A stretch of DNA of 64,000 bases from positions 8,742,001 through 8,806,000 of the forward strand of contig CATNEN010000025.1 of assembly GCA_950097015.1 (NCBI GenBank). Direction: 5' to 3'. Under the pieces are notes generated by a model that was given only the letters and a program-made list of their open reading frames with translations, had not been told where the DNA came from and searched no databases. Positions 21,469-33,093 of this stretch are shown here, in pieces. Within the stretch, counting starts at the first letter, position 1, and the number at the start of each line of letters is the position of its first letter. The stretch comes from Macrostomum hystrix (taxonomy: Eukaryota > Animalia > Platyhelminthes). Position numbers and translations under genes: made by a program.

Positions 21469-23043
21469 TGTCGTGAAATCACGAGTTATTATTAACCAAT
21501 CCTGTTCACTGTACACCCTTGTGGTAATCTCCTTTTCTAACCCCGGTTATTTGCCAGCTCAGCTCCACTCTTTGATCTCTATTATTGATTTTCCCCCGTG
21601 TCCCTTTACACTCTGACCCCTCCAGTCTAGCGTCTGCACCCATCATGTCTCTCCCTCTGCGCTCGTTATCGTGTGTACACCCTAGGGTTTTCATACCCTC
21701 ATTTGTCTCTCCTCGCTGTAGACCCCATCTGTCGCTTGTCCTTAAATTAAATCGGTCACGGAACTCAGATCCAAGATTTATTGTGGAAACGTTAAACGTT
21801 CTTCACTGGAATTCTTCTTCAGGAATTCTTCGCTGGAAGAGTCCGTGGTAGTTAAAAGCGGAAATTTTTTTCCTAATGTAGTGTCAGCTTGTTTGCCCTT
21901 CTATCTCCCCGTGTTATTATTCAGTACTTATTTTTAGACACGTGTTTTTTGCTAAAAGTCACCCACGCCAAGCCGGGCGGACCAGCCGGGGGAACGGACG
22001 CCCACCACCCCGCGAGCGCTACCCCTGGGCTACAGTCCCGGCCAATCAGCGAGCGACCCGGCCTCACTACCTGTCTACCCTCGGCAAGAAGCTACCCCGG
22101 GGCTCAGAACGGCGGTTGCAAGTCTACTGTGATTTGTCGCCTTGGCTACAGCCAGGCATCCACCTCGCCGATCGACCTAATTTGGGGTTAAAATGACTCT
22201 ATAAAAGGAAGCGTGTTTTTGCAGTGACTTTTATCGTTCTCCGCAATTCGCCTCACACTGTGAGAAGCACGTGCAAACCAGTCCACTTTGTTTTGTCTCT
22301 CCCCGCCCGACCACGCTCCGCTTGTTCAGTTAGGTAGCTTTCGGCGCTACGCGTCTTGAGAGTGCGCCGCTGACAAGGGTGGTCTAGATAGGCGCTTGTT
22401 GTCGAAGTCAGTACGTGCTCTCTTCGGAGACTCCGCCGTCACACAGAAGGAGTGCCAACCGATAGGATCTGTCGGGGCAGCGCTGAAAGCAGAGACAACC
22501 GGAGCCTCTCGGGAAGAGTAGGGCGCTGATTAGGCCAGTTTAAGTAAAATTGTTATATCCAAATTGTTAGACTAAACTTGCTTTTCACTGTGAGCGCGCT
22601 ATAATTTATTTCCGTGTGAACATCCTTATTCTGTCAATGGAACTTTTAAATCAAGTAAACGAGATTAAAATCAATTCCTGCTCTTATCTGGAATCTTAGC
22701 GAGTCACAACAGATTAAATCACTCACAATCAATTTATTCGAGTCTTCGCGTTCATACTGTGTTATTCTTTTTCATTGGGAGTTTCGCCGGGCCGGAGGAA
22801 CACGCGGGTCCCATCGCTTATCTATTCCGCTTCGCTCGCTACCGCAGTCTCTATAAACGCTATATAATTCCAGATTCCCTGCTGCTATTGAAACCATTGG
22901 TAGGACACCGACCCCGGTGAATAGTCGCTAGCTTTAAATTCCTCACGCTCCAGCTAGGACATTCATTTTATTACACTAACGAATTTTAAATGAATAGAGA
23001 TGATAAACTTAGGGATTTGACTAAATCAATGAAGTATGTAACA
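21469..23043 (+). mobile_element. LTR-like element preceded by a polypurine tract (copies 33277-34851, 45560-47134; absent from unit 1)
   Basis: gggggag|TGTCGTG start; CCAAT at about 22042 and TATA ctctataaaagg at about 22197; possible ends at ..gaaacCA (22896, followed by t-TGG) or ..tgtaaCA (23043). No coding domains seen. Confidence 0.45.
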
Positions 23044-25027
23044 AGAAGAAAAATCTAAAGCCTGCGGACTGGTCGCTGACTAGCTATTGTAATTTGTAAC
23101 AGAGTATGATGAGCTGACATTAATAATTGTATTCAGAAATGGACTACAAGTCAAAAAACTAAAAAAATACCCAGCGGGAAAGCCTACCTCGAATCTAGCT
23201 GAATGTAACTCTAGTTTTTAGGATAGGTTTGAATTTTCTTTTTAGTGCACCAAAGATGCTTTTTGCATCAAAATCATGCACCAAAAAAATCGTCCAGTTT
23301 CAGAAAAATCGGCCAAACAAAAGTTTAACTTAAAATAGCAAGAATAAGTCTAGTTATATATTCTAGCTATATAGTGTCTGTCGTTTTTCGAGAAAAAAAA
23401 ATTTTGTTTTAAAATATTTTCATAGCACAGAATAACAAAACTTTACAATTATATTTTTGTTCTTACGCGAAACAAAGTCTGGGTTGTAAAATAGCAATCT
23501 CTTAATTAAGTATGATAATAAAAAAGAAAAAAGTGAAACGTCTTACCATTGGTACAGTTCATTTTTTAACTTTTCTTGTGTTCTCGCGCGCCGACTAACT
23601 AGCAAGCCTACATTTTATACTATAGATTTGACTGGTTCCTACGTCTCGCTTTTTTTGGTGGAAATTACCAAGGTACGGAAATGTTAAAACCTCTATCAGA
23701 ACGTTTACAACTCTTATGTGTTTCTTTCTCATTTTGAACTTTTTATTATTACTTATTTCGATACAGCAATTATGTACAATATAATGTTGTAGGTATTGCT
23801 AATGTAGCTATTTAGCTGGTCAATCAAAGCACTTTGCTGAGTTTTTTTAATCAAAATATACATTTCAACTTGCTAAGGTTTGCTAAGGTAATAGACAAAT
23901 CAACGAAAATATACAAATCAGTTCCTTTAAAAGTATTTCGAGTTAGTGGCGTGACATTTTTTTAAAGAAATGTTTATTTAAATTGAACTATTTTAAGAAA
24001 ATATATTATAAATTGTATTAGGAATTTAAGGGATACGTTGCTGTCTTAAAAAACTATCCTAATTGCATGCAATGCAGAAGATGTTGAACTATTTAGATCC
24101 CCATTTTACCTTACAATATGTGATTGTTGTTTTTTACATCTTGTGATATGATTTTGTTAGTATGCTAAAAAGTTTTTTAAACTCTTTTTAGTTTTCTACT
24201 TGGCAATTTTAAACAGCCCGTGCTGTTTTACACCTTCTTGTAAAATCTTGATATCTTATGAAACTTTGCTGAAATTCAAAAGCTGAAGGAGCAAGCTATT
24301 GAAAATGTAATTCTTATCTATCATTGTTTTTTATTCACCGACTGGAATTACCTGGGTGGGACATCGGTTTTGGACCATATTAGAAGTGGAGGTGTCTATT
24401 TTATGCACCTGTTGTTTCTGCGGTTGAGTCCTATGAAAGGCAATATTTACTCGATTCTTAAATACCTTGTATGATTGTGGCTGTTTTAGTCTTTTGCAGC
24501 TGCTTTAAGAATACTTTATTATTGCTTTTGTATGACAGTTCTTCGTGAGTCACGTTAATCATCTATCTATTTTTCTAACATAGGTATTGTACTTGATTTT
24601 TTATTAACCTCATTTAACCTCATGGCGTCTTGTATCCAGCTATGTGCAATTTTCTAAGTAATTTTTGTGTATTCTAGTCATATTTATCTAAGTCACTTTG
24701 ATAAATGTGGGACTGTTTTATGTGGGACTTCATTTTATCTATTCAAAAAACATCTGAAAAATGTCCTTTTGCACAAACATCTTTGCAATCATTTGTATTG
24801 ATGTTCATTTTTATCTGCTTATTTGTGAAAGTATAGTATATAAAGTATAGTTAATATGAGTACCAATACTGTTGCGTTTTATTGAGTGGATTTGCTTGTT
24901 GTTATTAAAAAAATCGAAGTAGGCTTACTAGGAGCAATACAAGATGTACTTTTATGAGGCACAAACTTTTGCATCCTAACATCATAAATCTAATTCTTTA
25001 ACTCTGTTTCAGAACTGAAAGCTTAAC

Positions 25028-28000
25028 ATGACTACAAAACTGAGCTCATTAATCGTTATTTCTCTGCTGCTGATCGGTAAGTTAAGTGGCTTGTTCGTTG
25101 AGGTTACATAATGATATTGATTATTAATTATATTCGCTGATTACACTTGCCCGTTGGGGCTACATGTGCAACACAGCACAGCCGTAGCTATTGCGCGGCT
25201 CATCTGAAGGCAGCATGCAGCTGTTCAGTCCATGGACCGGGGGCCACACCTACCCTCAATTACCAGCTAGTACCCGTTTTACAGCTGGGTGAACTGAAGC
25301 AATGCTGAGTGAGTTGTCCTGCTAGTGGACACGAATTGTGCCAGCGAAGGCCGAATCGAACCCCCGACCGTCAAGTCGATTAGTTTGAGAAAACCACTAG
25401 ACTACAAACCTGATTTCATATAATTTTATTAAAAATCTGTACTATTAATTATTTATTAAACATTGTCAGATACTGCCAGGTCTGCGGTTTGGCACTGCAT
25501 ACACAACGTACGCCACGAAGACTTCGTCAAAATCGGAGACATCAACGCGATTAGGGTGAGTAGTATGTTGCAAACGGCCTTTATCGACCAGAAGATAAGA
25601 AATCCTTAGATTAAAGGATACTTATGTACTGAGTACGTAAGCGATGCCTTAAGAATAGCCAAGTAGGCGAGTTTTATAAGCACCCAGTTGTGTCAGATTT
25701 GCAGCCAATAACAATAGACTGCGCTTCCAAAGGCTGTGTGCCTGTACGTGCACTGAGGAGGCCGCGACTCCCCACAAAAGTTTTTATCCGAGCTAATGCT
25801 GGCACTAGTTATATAGATGGCTGAATGTGAAGAAAATGCTATTTAAACGACTTGCTCAACCCCCAAGACACATTTAGCTTCTATTCGTGCGGTTCTATCC
25901 AGTCAGCTGCAAGGAGCCAGGATAAAATAAAGCTGCGTCTGCTGTTTCAGGTGATAACGTATGTCCGAGGCGATCCGGGCTATAGGAAGAACCTGGAGTG
26001 CAGGTATCTTCTGAGAGTGATCAACTATGACCAGCCCAGACAGATGTACATTGACGTGCCCGTGGTGGACTTTGACAACAATACTGACCCGTTTTGCAAC
26101 AAAACCGACGTGTTCAGCTTCTGGCATAAGTACAACGAGAGTGAGTGGCTTGGCTTAAGACAAAAGTTTCCTCTAAGTTTCCTCTCAACCCTCGACAATT
26201 CAACACTCCTATCAAGGAGAAATCGTTTATAGTAATTCAACTAAAACTCCGAGTCACAGTAATTTCGTCGGCTTTCGATGCAAATTAAAACTCTAACGTG
26301 GAAGTACAAGCAGGCAATGTGTGACTTTTTATTAAGGAAAATGTGGTGCTTTCGTTTTGGCTTTACGAGTGTAATTTTATTACTCTATAAATATTGCGAA
26401 CATCTCTGTTTAATTATTATTGAGTATTCACAACAGCTGCTATCAGCCGACTGCACACATTTCAGCTGCTTGGCGGCGGGAGTCCTGGTGCAGTGAATCG
26501 TCCGTGTCACGCAGTTTCCAATTCTTGCCGTTTAGACGGCAAATAATCAACTTGTGGGACTCGTGAGTAGCACTGCAGCTTCTTACTGAGCTCTCTTATG
26601 AGAATGCGAGTTGAGACCCTGCTGCTTCACTACCCACTTCACTCTGCAGGTCGTACTACCTGACTGCGGAATTCCAGTCTGACAATGAGCAAGTCCGCTC
26701 CGATGCCAAGGGATTGCAGATGAATGTGCAGGTGCTGGGCAGAAATTGCCACAGGAACATGCTGTATCTCGATAACTACTGCTACCTGGTCACTCCTGAG
26801 AATGTGTCGCCAGCTCAATCCAATCAGGTTGGAAAACTCTTACTCGGCAACTTTTTCACTGTCCGAAACGCCTCTTCTGGCCGGGATATCTTAGACTTTC
26901 TGCGCAGATTCTCTGAGAGAAGTACGCATTTCTTTTTCGAATTTCTGATGAGGATATTTTTGCTCAATTGTGCTCAATCTTGTCACCTCTTTGCGCTTCC
27001 CTCAGACAAAGCCAGGAAAGACGAGTATCCTTACGAGTCGCCACTGGCCCTGACTAATCTCAGACTGTGGACCGGCTACTTTGTGAACGAATACTCCTTC
27101 AGCGAGGAGGACCCGGTCATGTTTTACTCAGATCCGATAGACGACTGCATTGTCAAGCAAGTGAAAGTGTGAGTGCTGCTTCTCTATCCTGATTCTAGTC
27201 TAAAGGATATTGTAAATATCATATGGTTTAGAATGTCAATCATTCGATTTCAGGACTCGTGAGATTTTGACCGGCTGTAATAAAAACCCAGCGCCTGTAG
27301 CCCTTAATTGGCTTAGCAACGGCAGCGTGCATTTTTCCTGTGTGCCAGGCAACGATTCGATGCCAGCTCTGATCCAGTTCAGCCAGATTCCTAAAACCAA
27401 GGGCGACCTGCACCCGCAGCTGTTCCGCACCTGCGACATCGCGCCGCCAACAACGACTACGACTCCGGAACCAACGACAACTACAGCGCCGCCAACAACG
27501 ACTACGACTCCGGAACCAACGACAACTACAGCGCCGCCAACAACGACTACGACTCCGGAACCAACGACAACTACAGCGCCGCCAACAACGACTACGACTC
27601 CGGAACCAACGACAACTACAGCGCCGCCAACAGCGACCACGACTCCGGAACCAACGACAACTACAGCGCCGCCAACAACGACTACGACTCCGGAACCAAC
27701 GACAACTACAGCGCCGCCAACAACGACTACGACTCCGGAACCAACGACAACTACAGCGCCGCCAACAACGACTACGACTCCGGAACCAACGACAACTACA
27801 GCGCCGCCAACAACGACTACGACTCCGGAACCAACGACAACTACAGCGCCGCCAACAACGACTACGACTCCGGAACCAACGACAACTACAGCGCCGCCAA
27901 CAACGACTACGACTCCGGAACCAACGACAACTACAGCGCCGCCAACAACGACTACGACTCCGGAACCAACGACAACTACAGCGCCGCCAACAACGACTAC

Positions 28001-28748
28001 GACTCCGGAACCAACGACAACTACAGCGCCGCCAACAACGACTACGACTCCGGAACCAACGACAACTACAGCGCCGCCAACAACGACTACGACTCCGGAA
28101 CCAACGACAACTACAGCGCCGCCAACAACGACTACGACTCCGGAACCAACGACAACTACAGCGCCGCCAACAACGACTACGACTCCGGAACCAACGACAA
28201 CTACAGCGCCGCCAACAACGACTACGACTCCGGAACCAACGACAACTACAGCGCCGCCAACAACGACTACGACTCCGGAACCAACGACAACTACAGCGCC
28301 GCCAACAACGACTACGACTCCGGAACCAACGAAAACTACAGCGCCGCAAACAACGACTACGACTCCGGAACCAACGACAACTACAGCGCCGCCAACAACG
28401 ACTACGACTCCGGAACCAACGACAACTACAGCGCCGCCAACAACGACTACGACTCCGGAACCAACGACAACTACAGCGCCGCCAACAACGACTACGACTC
28501 CGGAACCAACGAAAACTACAGCGCCGCAAACAACGACTACGACTCCGGAACCAACGACAACTACAGCGCCGCCAACAACGACTACGACTCCGGAACCAAC
28601 GACAACTACAGCGCCGCCAACAACGACTACGACTCCGGAACCAACGACAACTACAGCGCCGCCACCAATCAGAGCAGTGCCGTCAGCGGCAATACTATCA
28701 TTATTATTGATTTTGTTGTTGCCCTTGTTATCATCGTGGCTATTGTGA
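25028..28748 (+). CDS. CUB + C-type-lectin-like + mucin-stalk surface protein, copy 2 (783 aa predicted)
   Basis: Exons 25028-25076, 25470-25555, 25951-26140, 26466-26562, 26650-26921, 27006-27168, 27254-28748; GT-AG, phases compatible, total 2352 nt with no internal stop; ends AVPSAAILSLLLILLLPLLSSWLL. Confidence 0.8.
27441..28663 (+). repeat. 45-bp coding VNTR, 27 units
   Basis: Unit count from ORF length. Confidence 0.95.
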
Positions 28749-31700
28749 TCGGTGTCGTTGTCTACTTTAGTCGTCAAAGAGGACAGCAGCCGCCATCAAC
28801 TAATGGGGACTAGCCGCCACTGCGGGGTAATCAGAAGGAGAAAAAGGCCAGAAGCCGCTACTGGGGACGAACACTCGGGATTTCAAAAGCGATAGAAACG
28901 CTGTGGCTAAGAGTGTCGGCTTGACTGTGGACAATGTCGAAGGCACTTTCTGAAGTCTGTTTGGTGGGCGCTTTTACTCATAATTTTGCATTGGCTAACA
29001 GCGTTGCTTAATTTTGTTTTGTTTATAAAGACAGAAATGTTTTTACGATCGCTTATTTCCGGTCTGCGAAGGAAGGAAAACCGGAATTGTCATTTTTCTG
29101 TTTTCATTTGAAATCTAAAATAATCTGTAATGCATGCTGAAGAAGCAGAAGTGCCCCATTGTCAGTCGACCTTTCGAACCCCCGCGCGTGCGCGTATCTA
29201 GCTTGTAATTGCGATCCCCGCGACCCAGTTCCTGTATTCCCATGTTTTACTTCTCTGTTTAGTAGTAATTGGTGATGGAGCTAATGATATATTGATAAGG
29301 TTCCGCAATTAAATTTATATTTCCCGAACATAGAATCCTTTTCCCCGGATTCCTATGATTCGAAATCCCCCATCCCCGGATCATTAATTGGTTAACTTGA
29401 CTTGCTACATATCGAATTAAAGTAAGGATGCGAGAGGAAGCAGTCTATCTATTTGTGTGGTTATTATTATCATTAGTTAGAGGTTAGGATATAATTCTCC
29501 ATCCTCAATACCGTTTTCTGATTGTTAGTTGTTAGATTGTTTCGTAATTGATTGTAGTAATTTGTCTGCAGCAATATATTTGAAGCAATACCTGTCTTTA
29601 ATTTCACTATTCTAATTATACGTTCCTTAAATATTTGGGCTTAAGTTATTATTGTAGTGTCTGTTATTAATGCTTCTGATGACAGCTGTTGTATCTTAAA
29701 TAACTGACGCAACGGAGATTCAGATTTGTTAGACTTAGAGTAATAAGGAAAACACGCCGATAGGCGGCACTCGGCAGGCAGACGAATAGGAGTGTGTATT
29801 TGATATATTATAGCAATAGCCGTACGATATACGCATGAGTGCAGAGGTCGGGGCTTTTATTTATAGGCCCAAAGGCGTGTGGAGAGAGCATTCTAGAAAG
29901 TTACTAAAAATAGACTACACGGGAAAGTTCTGGAACCAGTGATGGACTTAACGCCTTACGACAAAGAATAGAAATTTCTGGAAAGTTCCCGGAAATTACA
30001 GCAACAATAGTCTCAACAGCTGCAGCGACCCTTTTGACCCTTTCGGCCAATCGGCAATTTATTGGCCGATTTATAATATTTGTGAAGTTAAAATAGGAAA
30101 CCGCATCAAGAAAAAGATGTAGCTAGTTTAACCTGTCCTCAGGTGACGGCAATTCTTTCGGACTGTTCTAGACCTAGTGCCACGGCCATAGTATTCGCTA
30201 TACCATTATCTTAGTTCCTTTCGGCTTAGGCTCTATAGGTTCTTTAGGTTCTCAGTGCAGCTTTTTCGAAACAGTTGCAACTAGTTAGCTGATTTAAAAG
30301 TAATTAAGCTAGTCATTTTGATCAAATCAAAATGCAAAAGTACTGAGAACACGTCTAGTCCTTTATAAAGCTGAGCTGCGGAGCATGCTCCATTTTATCT
30401 AAGATTGCAATCTCTGCTTGAACAAACACATGGGCAACGTTGCGAACACGTTGTCGGGCCATTGTCATGTTCCTGTGCCGCATCGCCAAGATCACCAAAC
30501 TGAGCAGCGTCACTCTCAGGATGCTGTACAGGGCCTACGGTGAGAGTGCTCTCACCTACGGCGCCCCAATCTTGACTCTGATCTGCGTCACCAACCAGAT
30601 CAAGCTGCAAAAGATCTAAACCCTTGCTCTGCGCATCTGCTATGGTGTGCCTTCTTACCTGAGCACCGAATACCTTCACAAACTGGCCGACATGCCAATG
30701 CTCTCAGCCAGAGAAAGCAGCTCGGTGTGGCCTGCATGCATGCCTTTTTATTTCAATTTTTATTTCAATATTTCAATTTTTATTAGATCCCTTCTTTGTG
30801 CGGGATTTCCCCTGTATATTTCTGCCTATTTTATCTCCCAATGCGTGCCTAAATATAGCCTTGCAAATATTGAATATTTTTTTGTTTCATTAAGGCTCAA
30901 TATTCGCATAAAATAAGCCAAATCAAATCGAGTGTATATATATTATGAATTTCGATTAAATCCAATAATAGTCTGCGGCAGAGTTTTTCGAAACTGATCA
31001 GCAGCCCCAGTCAAATAGGGAATTCGTTTTAACAACAACCTATTATACCCTTGCCTCAACCATAACCCTAAACCTAAACCTAACCCTAAACCAAACCGTA
31101 ACCCTAAACCTAACCTTAATGTTGTGACTGATTGTGTGAGTACACTTGCCCTGTGAGTAAACCTAGCGTGAGTCACTTTATACACAAAATACAAGATACT
31201 AAATTGTGTATTTAGTATCTCCGTAATTAACCCGTCCAGTTTAACTAATCTTTAGCGGTATTCTTTAATTATTTGCGCGAATTCACTGAACAAGTTTCCA
31301 AGAAATTCGACTACTGCTTAATTCGACTTCTTTTTCTATTCCGGTATCACGCCGTATGCTACTATGGACTATGCTACTGTAAATATTTACTGCTTTGCCT
31401 TTATCACTTATTAGACTGACGTAATATTTTATTCCTATGTTACAGTTCTTTTCATTATGACGTATTTAAATGATGTGCTCTGTGGCTGCTATCTGCAATT
31501 AATAATTAATAATTGATTACACCTGCCCCAATTGGGTCAGATGTGCAGCCGACAGCACAGCCGCAGCTAATGCGCGGCGCATCTGAAGGCTGCGTACAGC
31601 TGTTCAGTCCATGGACTGGGGGGACGCCACACCCACCTTCAATTATCCCAGCTGATGCTGGTACCCATTTAACAGCTGGGTGAACTGAAGCAATGCAGAG

Positions 31701-32011
31701 TTAAGTGTCTTGCTAAAGGACACAAATTGTTTCAGGGGAGTCGGGAATCGAACCCCCGACCTTCAAGTCGTGAGTCCGACGCCCTAACCACTAGGCTACA
31801 ACCTCTGTTCAATCTGCAATTAAAATAGGCCTACTTTGTCTATAGTCGGCTAGCTAGCTAACGATTAAATGCTGAACAGCGAATTATATAACTATTTGAC
31901 AAGCTCCTATGATTTGGCATTGCAAGCATATATGGAGCTATGCAGTAAATAAAAAACAGGCTAGACCTATTTCAGTTCTTATTGATTGAACATAATCTTC
32001 ATTACAACAAG

Positions 32012-33093
32012 TAATATCTGCATTAATTGCATTCTCTGCATTAATCTCTGCATTAATTGCATTCTCTGCATTAATCTCTGCATTAATCTCTGCATTAATC
32101 TCTGCATTAATTGCATTCTCTGCATTAATCTCTGCATTAATTGCATTCTTTGCATTAATCTCTGCATCAATTGCATTCTCTGCATTAATCTCTGCATCAA
32201 TTGCATTCTCTGCATTAATATCTGCATTAATCTCTGCATTAATATCTGCATTAATTGCATTCTCTGCATTAATCTCTGCATTAATTGCATTCTCTGCATT
32301 AATCTCTGCATTAATTGCATTCTCTGCATTAATCTCTGCATTAATCTCTGCATCAATTGCATTCTCTGCATTAATCTCTGCATTAATCTCTGCATTAATT
32401 GCATTCTCTGCATTAATCTCTGCATTAATCTCTGCATTAATTGCACTCTCTGCATTAATCTCTGCATTAATCTCTGCATTAATTGCATTCTTTGCATTAA
32501 TCTCTGCATTAATCTCTGCATTAATCTCTGCATTAATCTCTGCATTAATCTCTGCATTAATTGCATTCTCTGCATTAATCTCTGCATTAATTGCATTCTC
32601 TGCATTAATCTCTGCATTAATTGCATTCTCTGCATTAATCTCTGCATTAATTGCATTCTCTGCATTAATCTCTGCATTAATTGCACTCTTTGCATTAATC
32701 TCTGCATTAATTGCATTCTCTGCATTAATCTCTGCATTAATCTCTGCATTAATCTCTGCATTAATTGCACTCTTTGCATTAATCTCTGCATTAATTGCAT
32801 TCTCTGCATTAATCTCTGCATTAATTGCATTCTCTGCATTAATCTCTGCATTAATTGCATTCTCTGCATTAATCTCTGCATTAATTGCATTCTCTGCATT
32901 AATCTCTGCATTAATTGCATTCTCTGCATTAATCTCTGCATTAATTGCATTCTCTGCATTAATCTCTGCATTAATTGCATTCTCTGCATTAATATCTGCA
33001 TTAATTGCATTCTCTGCATTAATCTCTGCATTAATTGCATTCTCTGCATTAATCTCTGCATTAATTGCATTCTCTGCATTAATCTCTGCATTA
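32012..33093. repeat. 12/18-bp composite minisatellite, unit 3
   Basis: 192 bp shorter than in unit 2. Confidence 0.95.
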
